Shown: positions 21,436 through 31,073, counted from the stretch's first letter. The stretch is DNA of 64,000 nt from Bacillota bacterium (GCA_023439545.1 JAEXNT010000001.1:8827-72826), one strand, 5' to 3'. Numbers and translations: made by a program. The notes: a model not told the origin generated them from the letters alone.

Positions 21436-22545
21436 ATGCGTCGATGCGCTTTGGCATTTGTGGATAATGAAAAAATTGATTTATCATCTGCTCCGTGGTC
21501 AATGCACGAATTTTTCGCAGGAAGCGGTTTAGTCGCTTATGGGCTGAAGGATATTTTCTCGCCTGTGTGGGCGAATGACATCAGCCGGGAAAAGGCTGAT
21601 GTGTACGAGGCGAATTTTCACTCTGAACATTTTTTACTAGATGATATTAAAAATATTAAAGGTACCGATTTGCCATACGCTCATTTGTCATGGGCGAGTT
21701 TTCCTTGTCAGGACTTATCACTCGCCGGTTCAATAGGAGGGATAGACGCCTGCCGAAGCGGGTTGGTATGGGAGTGGCTCAGGATTCTTGACGAAATGGC
21801 TGATAAACCGCGGATTTTGCTTGTTGAAAATGTGGTTGGGCTTCTGTCAACCAATGATGGTAATAACTATCGAAAATTGCATACTGCTCTTACCGACCGA
21901 GGTTATAACTGCGGCGCTATCGTTCTTAACGCATCTTTATTCCTGCCTCAATCAAGACCGAGAGTTTTCATAATTGCTGTCAAACGCGGACTTCATATTC
22001 CAGAAGAACTCATAGGTCAAGGACCATGCTGGCTTCATACTGAAACAGTGACGAGGCTGGGTAAAACTCTGCCGGGATGGATATGGTGGCATGCGGAAAA
22101 GCCTCTAAAACGGCATCTACATCTCAAGGATATTGTCGAAACAAACGTACCTTTTGACAAAGACAATGTAATACGCCTTGTGCCAGAGAAACACAAGTCT
22201 ATGCTCGAAAAACATGAAACGATATTCGCTACGGGATACAGAAGGACTCGCAAAGGACAACAGCAGCTAGAATTGCGCTTCGATGGCGTCGCAGGGTGTC
22301 TGAGGACACCGGAAGGCGGCAGCAGCAAACAGTTTTTAGTTGTTAAGAAGAATGGAGAAGTGCATGCGAGATTACTCACTATCCGCGAGGTCGCGCGGCT
22401 AATGGGCGCTCCAGACAGCTTTGTTCTCCCCGGTACATACAACGACGGTTATAAAGCTATGGGTGATGCAGTAGCGCTACCTGTCGCCCGTTTCATAGGC
22501 GAAAAATTCTTAGTAAAGATAGCGGAGGCAGTTTATAATGGTTAA
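21436..22545 (+). CDS. dcm: DNA (cytosine-5)-methyltransferase
   Basis: Motif I FAGSG, motif IV SFPCQDLS, motif VI ENV, motif VIII QSRPRVF, motif X GDAVALPV. Confidence 0.93.
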   Translation: MRRCALAFVDNEKIDLSSAPWSMHEFFAGSGLVAYGLKDIFSPVWANDISREKADVYEANFHSEHFLLDDIKNIKGTDLPYAHLSWASFPCQDLSLAGSIGGIDACRSGLVWEWLRILDEMADKPRILLVENVVGLLSTNDGNNYRKLHTALTDRGYNCGAIVLNASLFLPQSRPRVFIIAVKRGLHIPEELIGQGPCWLHTETVTRLGKTLPGWIWWHAEKPLKRHLHLKDIVETNVPFDKDNVIRLVPEKHKSMLEKHETIFATGYRRTRKGQQQLELRFDGVAGCLRTPEGGSSKQFLVVKKNGEVHARLLTIREVARLMGAPDSFVLPGTYNDGYKAMGDAVALPVARFIGEKFLVKIAEAVYNG

Positions 22546-23470
22546 CGCTGAAGAAAGATTACGGACATTCCAGATAGAAAATAATATCGTAACCAAAGGG
22601 CCGCTTTCGCTTGTCATTCAATTTACCCGAATGGTGAGCGGCAAGGCTTTTCCCCTTAATCCTGACGATTATCGAACGGAGAGCAAAGGACAAGTCGCAG
22701 GGCTTGGCGGCGGAAATCTCAAGAAAATTCTAAATGAACATGGCATAACTCAGATACTCTCATCCGAGGGCGGACGTACCAGCCGCGGCAGCATGGGACT
22801 AATGATAAAGTATGTCGAGTTCCTTAATGCGTGGAATTCCGAAGAGCCGGTAAACTTTGCAGTTGTGGAAGATTACTGGGCTGAGCAAGTCCGCGAATAT
22901 TTCCGAAATCAACCGTTTGTCCTGACCACCGATACAGCAAAAACCATCGGCGCTAATTTAGAGGAGCTTTTTGAGCAGGCCAGAAAGAGACAGTTGCAAA
23001 ATGCAGGGACACAGTATCTCGGTACAGTTCTCCAGCATCTTGTGGCTGCTAAACTCTCAATTATTCTGCCGGAGGGGGCTTTAAAAATACATGGGGCGTC
23101 TGTCGCCGACACGCCTACGGAGCGAAGCGGAGATTTCGCCATAAACAATACGATTATTCATTGCACGACCGCCCCCGGCGCTCCCCTTATTGAAAAATGC
23201 AGGCTTAATCTGCGCGGTGGGTGTCATCCTGTGATAATAACCATATTTGACCGCGTCCGCACAGCGTTGGATTTAGCGTCGGACGCAGGACTTGATGGAC
23301 GCGTCGAGGTATGGGATATTCAGCAGTTTTTATCCTCGAACATTTATGAGCATAGTTTGTTTGACGAAGGCAATCGAAACTCTACGATTGCGTACATCGT
23401 GGATAAGTATAACGAAATCGTTCTTACAACAGAAACCGACCCAAGCCTGCGTATTGAGTTTGAAAGGTGA
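22538..23470 (+). CDS. Unknown 310-aa protein, presumed restriction endonuclease partner (DUF4928-like from memory)
   Basis: Its ATG overlaps the dcm stop (ATGGTTAA), and Vsr starts 3 nt after its stop. No recognisable nuclease motif by eye. The function is inferred from context only. Confidence 0.5.
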   Translation: MVNAEERLRTFQIENNIVTKGPLSLVIQFTRMVSGKAFPLNPDDYRTESKGQVAGLGGGNLKKILNEHGITQILSSEGGRTSRGSMGLMIKYVEFLNAWNSEEPVNFAVVEDYWAEQVREYFRNQPFVLTTDTAKTIGANLEELFEQARKRQLQNAGTQYLGTVLQHLVAAKLSIILPEGALKIHGASVADTPTERSGDFAINNTIIHCTTAPGAPLIEKCRLNLRGGCHPVIITIFDRVRTALDLASDAGLDGRVEVWDIQQFLSSNIYEHSLFDEGNRNSTIAYIVDKYNEIVLTTETDPSLRIEFER

Positions 23471-23473
23471 TGG

Positions 23474-23914
23474 GTGTTGAGCGACATATTTGATAAAAGC
23501 GACCGTTCCGACATAATGCGAAAAGTAAAAGCTCGGGGCAATAAGTCCACCGAACTTAGGCTTATTCAAATCTTTCAAAACAATGGGATTACCGGATGGC
23601 GTCGTAATTATTGCGTTAAGGGACATCCTGATTTTGTTTTTCCAAATAAAAGAGTAGCGATATTTGTAGACGGTTGTTTCTGGCACGGGCACGATTGCCG
23701 AAACACTCGTCCTGAGGATAATAAAGACTATTGGCAGAAGAAGCGAGAACGAAATATTCGGCACGATGAAGATATAAACGTATTATTTATTTCTCGTGGT
23801 TGGACGATATTGCGTATATGGGAATGCGAACTTAAAAAGAAGAACGAACAGGAATTGGTTGAAAAACTGCTAAATAGTTTTAACGATGATTCATACGAGA
23901 GCAAGCATCCGTGA
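23474..23914 (+). CDS. vsr: Very short patch repair endonuclease
   Basis: STELRLIQIF ... HPDFVFPNKRVAIFVDGCFWHGHDC ... YWQKK ... NIRHD matches Vsr. GTG start. Confidence 0.93.
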   Translation: MLSDIFDKSDRSDIMRKVKARGNKSTELRLIQIFQNNGITGWRRNYCVKGHPDFVFPNKRVAIFVDGCFWHGHDCRNTRPEDNKDYWQKKRERNIRHDEDINVLFISRGWTILRIWECELKKKNEQELVEKLLNSFNDDSYESKHP

Positions 23915-24197
23915 GGATGATATGACAAAAGCCCCTTCGGATATGGGGATTAAGTTTGCTGTTTACAACCCCAAACGCCAAATCTCAGACAATACACAAT
24001 TTTCCTGCACATTTGAGAGAAAATGTAAAGATTGTTTTGTCCGGGTATACAGATAAATCGTTCTTTTTTATTTTCTATTTACTCCAGATAACAAACCAAT
24101 TAGATTTTCATTTTTGATGAAAGTGATGCTTATGATGCAACATTGGCTCATGTTTGCAGACCCATGTCCGAAACCAATACAGGTTGTCTGTTAGCTA

Positions 24198-24242
24198 TTG
24201 ACATTTAGGTCTAATACCATTAAACTAATATTGTGGTTTAAT
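24198..24242 (+). promoter_or_regulatory. Candidate blaI-like promoter (TTGACA-17-TAAACT) with overlapping inverted repeat ATTAAAC-N10-GTTTAAT
   Basis: TTGACA at 24198-24203. Inverted-repeat arms at 24219-24225 and 24236-24242. Confidence 0.45.
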
Positions 24243-24268
24243 AACGTTAAACTTAGGAGTGCGAGTTT

Positions 24269-24634
24269 ATGGAAGATTACAAACTGGGAGCAATGGAAAC
24301 GAAGTTCGCGGAGCTCATATGGGACAATGTACCCATATCGTCGGGCGACCTGGTGAAGCTATGCGGGAAGGAACTCACCTGGAAAAAATCCACTACATAC
24401 ACTATGCTGCGCCGGCTTTGTGAGCGCGGCATTTTTCAGAATAAAGGCGGCATTGTTTCTTCACTTATGAGCAAGAGGGAGTTCAATGCGCTGCAGAGTG
24501 AGAAATTCGTCGAGGAAACCTTCGATGGATCGCTTCCGCAATTCGTTGCGGCTTTTACACTGAGAAAAAAGTTAACCGAAAAGGAAATCAACGAGCTGCA
24601 GTGGCTCATCGATGAAAAGCGGGGTGAGTCCTGA
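24269..24634 (+). CDS. BlaI/MecI/CopY-family transcriptional repressor
   Basis: 121-aa winged-helix protein (WKKSTTYTMLRRLCERG) of family-typical length. 1-nt overlap (TGATG) with the downstream M56 gene. Confidence 0.9.
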   Translation: MEDYKLGAMETKFAELIWDNVPISSGDLVKLCGKELTWKKSTTYTMLRRLCERGIFQNKGGIVSSLMSKREFNALQSEKFVEETFDGSLPQFVAAFTLRKKLTEKEINELQWLIDEKRGES

Positions 24635-26925
24635 TGCGGGTATACGCTCTGTTGCCTGAAATCCTCAATATGAGCCTTACAGCAGGGATTGTCACCATTC
24701 TTGTGCTACTTGTCAGGATTCCGCTGAGAAAAGCGCCCAAGATCTTTTCTTATGCGCTTTGGGCTGTCGTGTTATTCCGGCTTGTCTGTCCCATATCGTT
24801 TTCATCCGAATTCTCGCTGCTTGGCTTATTTCGCGCGCCTGCAGCGGCAAACGGCGGTATTGCATATATCCCCTCCGAATTTGTTTCCGTGGGATCACCA
24901 CAGGCAGATCTGTCGTTTTCCGATATCGGCAAAGCAATATATAATAACCTGCATCAAGGTGGGGAGCAGACGGCTGCAGCTCCGGTGAAACCGCAGATGA
25001 CTGCCGCTGCGGTGCTCTGGCTCGGGGGTATAGCGGCGATGTTGATTTACAGTGCGGTATCCTTGCTGCTGCTTCGCCGGAGGCTTGTGGGCGCAGTACG
25101 TCTGCGCGGGAACATTTATCTCGCGGACCGCATCGCCACACCCTTTGCTATCGGGATGATACGCCCTAAAATATACCTGCCGTCATCTTTAGAAGAGCAG
25201 GAGCAGGCGTATATCATCCTGCACGAGCAAACTCATATACGGCGGCTGGATCACATATTCAAGATGATCGCTTTTCTCGCGCTTTCAGTTCATTGGTTCA
25301 ACCCGCTTGTGTGGGCGGCGTTTGTGTGTTGCATGAAGGATATGGAAATGTCCTGCGACGAACGGGTTATTAAAGAAATGGGGGGCGAAATCAAAGGGGC
25401 GTATTCAAAGTCTCTTCTCAATCTTGCAGCAGGACGTCGCCTTATTAACGGAAGTCCTCTTGCTTTCGGAGAAGGGAACCTCAAGGGGAGGATCAGGAAT
25501 GTGATGAGCTTCAAAAAGCCGCAGTTCTGGGTGATGATTGCGGCGGCGGCAGTCGTAATCACAGCGGCTGTGTGCCTTCTGGCGAATCCTCCAAAAGCAG
25601 GGACGCCGGAAATACCCGCCTCATCCTCATCTGTCACGGCCTATTCCCTGGCGCCTGCATATGCTTTTGACAAATGTCTGTATATGAATCCTCTGAGCTC
25701 ATATTATCCCTTCGATACTACCGGGCAGCTTTACTTGTTCGACCCTGACGGTGTTTTCAATATAATCAGCGAGGAAACGGGGGAGATATTGGAAAGCATT
25801 TCTCTTATCGATTGGACCGGTAAAGAGGTGGGTACGAAAGAGTGGAACTCTTTGTTCGCTTTCGGCGATCCTGTCGATATAAGCTCATATTCGGTTCGCA
25901 AGCAATACGAGGCGTCTGACAAATACCGCATTTATCAAATGGATGGCGAGGTCTGGCTTGCGACTGTCAACAAGGGAAACCTATGGAGCCTGTACCGGCT
26001 CAAGGAAACGGCAAAGCCTGATATTGCGGGCGGTTCAGGATCGCCAGCGGCTGAATCGGAACTTGCCGCGTCCGGATTGGAACCTGCCTCCTCTGAATTG
26101 ATACCCGCTCCCCCGGCGATCTCGTTGGAACAGGAGGTGGGCGCAGATATGGTTGAGCTCGACTATGCCTCGGATAATATTGTCATTTTCCATGGCTATT
26201 TCGGGTTGTTCGTATATGACCCCGGTTCAAAGAAAATAGTCCGCAGCCTGGACCTGAAGCCTATCGGGTGTAACGCTACACAGGGCGACAATTACTGCGA
26301 AGTTACCGTCAGCACGGATGGGAACACAGTGCAGCTTCACCCCATGAGCAGCAAAGACATGTACGTTTATACAGTTTCGGACAATACCTTGCAGAAAACG
26401 GCCTATAAGCGGATGGAGAACCGTTTTGCCGATTTTGTTGACATAACTGAGATAATCGATTTACAAGTAGCCGGAAGCTATAGCCATAGCGCGGTTAAGT
26501 TTAGTACGGGCGAATACGGATATCTGCATACCTCCGACTGGACGGTGGGCACTCTCTCGTATATCCGGGGAGGCGATATGGTATACAGGCTGTTTGATTC
26601 CAGCGAGCCGTCAGCAGTGGCTTCCGAGCCGTGGGAGCTTGTAAGCAGGGCGTTTGCCGAAGCGTTTTTCGAAGAAAATACCAAAGTCATGAAAAGCTAT
26701 CTTCTGGACCCCGATAAAGGTTTTGACAAGTATAACCTGGATAAAGGCTTGGGTGATGCAGGGGCTATGAAATTGAAATTCAATCCGGACGATATAAAGA
26801 GCGATTCGGCATCGGTTGAATATGAGTTCAGGTTTGAGGGTGACGACAGCTATTCATATCTCTCGTTAAGTTTGAGAAAAAATGATGATGTGTGGAAAAT
26901 AGAGTTTTACGGACTTGAAAAATAG
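24634..26925 (+). CDS. BlaR1-like M56 peptidase signal transducer with a large unassigned C-terminal domain
   Basis: N-terminal TM segments and a HEQTHIRRLDH zinc motif. The roughly 440-aa extracytoplasmic C-terminus has no penicillin-binding motifs that I can see. Confidence 0.85.
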   Translation: MRVYALLPEILNMSLTAGIVTILVLLVRIPLRKAPKIFSYALWAVVLFRLVCPISFSSEFSLLGLFRAPAAANGGIAYIPSEFVSVGSPQADLSFSDIGKAIYNNLHQGGEQTAAAPVKPQMTAAAVLWLGGIAAMLIYSAVSLLLLRRRLVGAVRLRGNIYLADRIATPFAIGMIRPKIYLPSSLEEQEQAYIILHEQTHIRRLDHIFKMIAFLALSVHWFNPLVWAAFVCCMKDMEMSCDERVIKEMGGEIKGAYSKSLLNLAAGRRLINGSPLAFGEGNLKGRIRNVMSFKKPQFWVMIAAAAVVITAAVCLLANPPKAGTPEIPASSSSVTAYSLAPAYAFDKCLYMNPLSSYYPFDTTGQLYLFDPDGVFNIISEETGEILESISLIDWTGKEVGTKEWNSLFAFGDPVDISSYSVRKQYEASDKYRIYQMDGEVWLATVNKGNLWSLYRLKETAKPDIAGGSGSPAAESELAASGLEPASSELIPAPPAISLEQEVGADMVELDYASDNIVIFHGYFGLFVYDPGSKKIVRSLDLKPIGCNATQGDNYCEVTVSTDGNTVQLHPMSSKDMYVYTVSDNTLQKTAYKRMENRFADFVDITEIIDLQVAGSYSHSAVKFSTGEYGYLHTSDWTVGTLSYIRGGDMVYRLFDSSEPSAVASEPWELVSRAFAEAFFEENTKVMKSYLLDPDKGFDKYNLDKGLGDAGAMKLKFNPDDIKSDSASVEYEFRFEGDDSYSYLSLSLRKNDDVWKIEFYGLEK

Positions 26926-27026
26926 TACTTCTCCGGGCGTCGGTTTTGCCTGTCGATGATTTTCAGAGTTTTTTTCGTTTTCAGGGGAATATTAAAGCCG
27001 ATCATAAAATATGGGAGGCGAAACAA

Positions 27027-27461
27027 ATGATAAACGAAGATACGATAAAAATGCTCAAGGAGTGCAACCAAGGCATAAAGATGGCGGTAAACTCGATCGA
27101 TGAAGTATTGCCCAAAGTGAACAGCGAGAGTCTCAGAAAACGTCTGGAAGACAGTAAACAGGAGCATGAGGAGCTTGGCAACGAGACCCGCCGCATACTC
27201 GACCAATGCGGCGAAAGCGGGAAAGACCCGAGTCTGATGGCAAAAGGCATGTCCTGGATAAAGACAAATGCGGAGATGCTTGCCAATCCTACTGATAACA
27301 CTGCTGCCGATATCATCGTCGACGGTTGTGACATGGGGATCAAGACGCTCTACAAATACAAGAATCAATACAAAGCCGCAGATGAACAGGCCAGGGATAT
27401 CACCGACAGGTTGATCCGATCGGAAGAGAATTTATCGGATGACCTGAGGTCTTTCCTTTAA
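27027..27461 (+). CDS. Hypothetical helical protein (144 aa)
   Basis: GGGAGG SD upstream of the ATG at 27027. Charged, helix-prone composition. No family assigned. Confidence 0.55.
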   Translation: MINEDTIKMLKECNQGIKMAVNSIDEVLPKVNSESLRKRLEDSKQEHEELGNETRRILDQCGESGKDPSLMAKGMSWIKTNAEMLANPTDNTAADIIVDGCDMGIKTLYKYKNQYKAADEQARDITDRLIRSEENLSDDLRSFL

Positions 27462-27584
27462 CGGGCCAATTCTTCAATATTGACTTCTTTCAGCATGTAT
27501 AGTAAAAATTATATATGCTCTTGTCTGGAATACCTGAAGGGATCAGACGCGGGTTGACATTTTCTGTCTGAAAGGGTGTATTTT

Positions 27585-28409
27585 GTGGGGCGTCTGCCTT
27601 TTGAGGGAAAGCTTCTTGTTTGTGATATGGATGGTACGCTGTTGAACAGCAAAAGCAAGCTGAGTGCGGTGAACAAGGCCGCACTCGACCGCTTCACAGC
27701 GGGCGGAGGACTTTTTACAGTGGCTACGGGCAGGATGGAGAGGTCGGTTCTGCAATATCTGGACAGTCTTCCGATCAACGTACCGGCTATTATATATAAC
27801 GGCGCAGGCATATATGATTTCAAGTCCGGCAGGCTGTTGTGGCAGGACACATTGCCTGAAGGGATGATCGGGCCGGTGAAACAGGTGATCGACAGGTTCC
27901 CGGGAATAGGAGTCCAGGTATATCATGGAGGCAGCACCTATTTTATCACCGAGAATGATCATACTCGCGCGCATGCTGTCAGGGAAAATTTCGAGCCCGT
28001 CATCACAAGGCCGGAGGACATACCGCAGCCGTGGTTCAAGATAATACTGGCCTGGGATCCGCCGAAACTGGGAGATGTGGAACGCTTCCTCGGGAGGTTC
28101 GACATTCCTTTCCGACAGGTCTTTTCGGAACCGCAGTTTCTGGAACTCTTGAACAAGGATACATCCAAGGGGAGCGCCCTGAAGGTGCTAAAGAAGATGC
28201 TCGATCTGGAGAAATACTGCGTTGTAGCGATGGGTGACAACATGAACGACATGGAACTCGTTCAAGAGGCCGCTATCGGCATTGCCGTGGATAATGCGAC
28301 AGAATCGTTAAAGGCCTCGGCAAACCTGTGCTGCACGTGCCAGGATCGAGATGCCGTATCAGAAGTGATCGGCTGGATCGAAGAGGGCAAGATAGCATGC
28401 TGCCGGTAG
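27585..28409 (+). CDS. Cof-type HAD-IIB hydrolase
   Basis: CDMDGTLLN, TGR and GDNMNDMEL motifs. GTG at 27585 is preferred because of its spacing from AAAGGGTG. Confidence 0.85.
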   Translation: MGRLPFEGKLLVCDMDGTLLNSKSKLSAVNKAALDRFTAGGGLFTVATGRMERSVLQYLDSLPINVPAIIYNGAGIYDFKSGRLLWQDTLPEGMIGPVKQVIDRFPGIGVQVYHGGSTYFITENDHTRAHAVRENFEPVITRPEDIPQPWFKIILAWDPPKLGDVERFLGRFDIPFRQVFSEPQFLELLNKDTSKGSALKVLKKMLDLEKYCVVAMGDNMNDMELVQEAAIGIAVDNATESLKASANLCCTCQDRDAVSEVIGWIEEGKIACCR

Positions 28410-28523
28410 AAGTAAGGTAGTATGCGGACTGTACTGGACGAAAAATATTGGATAAATAAGGTAATAGTATTGAATTTTTCATATCATTACGGTAACATTT
28501 GTATTGATGGAAGGTGATTTTAC

Positions 28524-28625
28524 ATGGATAGAAAATGGGTCAAATGGACAGCAATAATTACGGTACTGGTGTTTTTTCTGTCATCCGTAGGCGTATTGGG
28601 ATACTCGCTTTTCTTCGGCAAATGA
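28524..28625 (+). CDS. Candidate 33-aa single-TM small protein (MDRKWVKWTAIITVLVFFLSSVGVLGYSLFFGK)
   Basis: GGAAGGTGA SD about 6 nt upstream of the ATG. Clean hydrophobic helix flanked by basic residues. Below the ORF-track length cutoff. Confidence 0.35.
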   Translation: MDRKWVKWTAIITVLVFFLSSVGVLGYSLFFGK

Positions 28626-28707
28626 TGGATTTGAGATGACGAAGTATCCCTGAAGACACCGGTAAATATTCAAGGGTGGTTGAAAAACCGCAGAAAGGTT
28701 GTGGGCT

Positions 28708-30117
28708 ATGGGTTCGATCATAAGCGCTTTCATCTCCCCACACCCGCCGGTATTGGTACCTGAGGTCGGGAAGGGCGATGAGAAAAAAGCTGGCGCTACG
28801 CTTGGCGCATTGCGTAAGGCTGCAAAGGAGATAAGCCGCCTGAAGCCTTCCACAATAGTTCTTACCTCTCCTCATGCGCCGTTATTTCAGGATTTTATCC
28901 ACATCAACATAAAACATACGCTTAGCGGAACCTTTAAGAGGTTCGGCGCCGCCGGCGTCAAATTGGAGTTCGAAAACAACATCAAGCTTACGGGCGACAT
29001 AATGACCATTGCCAATGCGGAAGGCATACCATGCGGCGGCTTGGACGAATCGCTGATGGCAAGGTACAACATTTCCGACGAACTCGATCACGGTGCGTTG
29101 GTGCCGCTCTATTTCATTTCAAAGGAATATAACGATTTCAAACTGGTGCATATATCGATAGCGGGGTTGCCCTTCAAGGAGCTGTATAAATTCGGAAGCT
29201 GTATAGCCCATGCGATAGAACAGTCGGACGAGAACGTAGTCTTTCTGGCGAGCGGCGACCTGTCGCACAAACTGACGCCGGACGGGCCGTATGGTTTTGA
29301 CGAAAGCGGCCCGGAATTCGACAGGCAGCTTGTCGACTATCTCAAAGTGCCCGACCCGGAAGGTCTTATGAGCTTTAAAGAGGGCTTTCTGGAGGAAGCC
29401 GGAGAGTGCGGGCTGCGTTCATTCATAATAATGTTCGGCGCGCTTGACGGACGTGAAATAGAGTCGAGCGTACATTCATACGAGGGCCCGTTCGGAGTCG
29501 GTTATTCAGTCGCGGAATTCAAGCCCGGCGTGCATAAAGAGGGTGAAAGCCTGCTCGACAGGATGAACAGGACGGAGCTCGAAAGGCTGAATGAGATCAG
29601 GAACCAGGAGGATCCCTACGTGGCGCTTGCCAGGAAATCGCTCGAGATGTATGTCTCGGACGGTACCGTCATAGAGATGCCGGATGTCCTGCCGGCGGAG
29701 ATGGCAAACAGAAGGGCGGGGGTCTTCGTATCGATAAAGAAATCAGGCCAGCTCAGAGGCTGTATCGGCACGATAGTCCCTACGCGAAAGAATATAGCCG
29801 AAGAGATAATTCACAACGCCGTCAGCTCCGGAACTGAGGATCCCAGATTCAATCCCGTCGAAGAAGATGAACTGGACAGTCTGGTATATTCCGTCGATGT
29901 TCTCGGGGAAGCCGAGCCTATCGGATCGACGGCTGAACTCGATATAAAACGCTATGGAGTAATCGTCAGGGCTGGAAGACGCTCGGGGCTGCTCCTGCCT
30001 GACCTGGAGGGCGTGGACACACCGCAGAAGCAGGTATCGATAGCGCTTCAGAAGGCAGGTATCAATCCGACAGAAAAGTATTCGATGGAGAGATTTGAAG
30101 TGATCCGCCACAAGTAG
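28708..30117 (+). CDS. Fusion protein: LigB/Memo-superfamily domain + AMMECR1 domain (AmmeMemoRadiSam system protein A-type)
   Basis: N-terminal half has SPHPP, SPHAP, DHGALVP and ASGDLSH. C-terminal half has the AMMECR1 signature GQLRGCIGT. Confidence 0.85.
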   Translation: MGSIISAFISPHPPVLVPEVGKGDEKKAGATLGALRKAAKEISRLKPSTIVLTSPHAPLFQDFIHINIKHTLSGTFKRFGAAGVKLEFENNIKLTGDIMTIANAEGIPCGGLDESLMARYNISDELDHGALVPLYFISKEYNDFKLVHISIAGLPFKELYKFGSCIAHAIEQSDENVVFLASGDLSHKLTPDGPYGFDESGPEFDRQLVDYLKVPDPEGLMSFKEGFLEEAGECGLRSFIIMFGALDGREIESSVHSYEGPFGVGYSVAEFKPGVHKEGESLLDRMNRTELERLNEIRNQEDPYVALARKSLEMYVSDGTVIEMPDVLPAEMANRRAGVFVSIKKSGQLRGCIGTIVPTRKNIAEEIIHNAVSSGTEDPRFNPVEEDELDSLVYSVDVLGEAEPIGSTAELDIKRYGVIVRAGRRSGLLLPDLEGVDTPQKQVSIALQKAGINPTEKYSMERFEVIRHK

Positions 30118-30203
30118 GATCGGGCGCGGTTTGCCACCAGAATCGGGGGGCGGTCGGCCCCAGGAAAGATCTACGTATCAGGTATTGCCGGGATGGATGC
30201 TTT

Positions 30204-31073
30204 ATGGAACAGAATTTGAAAGATGCCCTTTATTACGAAAAGCTTGACGACGGCAGAGTACGCTGCGATCTGTGCCCGCATGGCTGCGTCCTCAAAGAGA
30301 ACGGAACGGGAGTATGCCTCGCAAGGAAAAACGTCGGCGGCCGGCTGTATACTATGAATTACGCCTGCGTCACTTCATTGGCGCTGGATCCGGTCGAAAA
30401 GAAGCCGCTGTATCACTTTCACCCGGGAAAGCTTATTCTTTCCGCCGGCACGTACGGCTGCAATTTCAAGTGCAGCTACTGCCAGAACTGGACGATAGCC
30501 CAAAGGGATGCGCAGTATACGGTGATCACGCCCGAACAGCTTGCCGACCTTGCACTGGAATACGCAGACAGGGGAAATATCGGCGCAGCATACACTTATA
30601 ACGAACCTTCGATCTGGTACGAATTTGTATATGACGCGGCGCGGCTGATCAGAGAAAAAGGCCTTGTCAACGTACTTGTCACAAACGGCTTCATAAACCG
30701 CAAACCTCTCGAAGACCTGCTTCCTTATATCGACGCCATGAACATAGACGTCAAGGCCTTTACCGAAGAATTTTACGGGCAGTTCTGCAAAGGCGGCCTC
30801 GACGCCGTCAGGAAGACGGTCGAGCTCTCTGCTTCACGCTGCCATGTTGAGATCACCACGCTTGTGATACCCGGACTCAACGACTCGCCTGAAGAAATAG
30901 GCAAGCTCGCGCAGTGGCTGTCCGCGATAAATCCGGATATGGTACTTCATCTGTCACGCTTTTTCCCGAACTATAAAATGAATGACATACCTCCGACTCC
31001 GCTGCCCACTTTGCAAAAGGCAAAGGACAGCGCTCTTCAATATCTCAGACATGTCTATCTTGGTAACGTATAA
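30204..31073 (+). CDS. AmmeMemoRadiSam system radical SAM enzyme
   Basis: CNFKCSYCQNW radical-SAM cluster motif. N-terminal extra cysteines (CDLCPHGC). Adjacent to the AMMECR1 gene. Confidence 0.9.
   Translation: MEQNLKDALYYEKLDDGRVRCDLCPHGCVLKENGTGVCLARKNVGGRLYTMNYACVTSLALDPVEKKPLYHFHPGKLILSAGTYGCNFKCSYCQNWTIAQRDAQYTVITPEQLADLALEYADRGNIGAAYTYNEPSIWYEFVYDAARLIREKGLVNVLVTNGFINRKPLEDLLPYIDAMNIDVKAFTEEFYGQFCKGGLDAVRKTVELSASRCHVEITTLVIPGLNDSPEEIGKLAQWLSAINPDMVLHLSRFFPNYKMNDIPPTPLPTLQKAKDSALQYLRHVYLGNV

Noticed and set aside
23915-24197. Direct repeat of the tRNA-Leu 3' end (att site) or an integrase remnant downstream of vsr
   Set aside because: I found no copy of ggttcaagtcctgtcatccgcacca or a substantial part of it by eye, and no recombinase-like ORF. 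The island borders therefore remain undefined.
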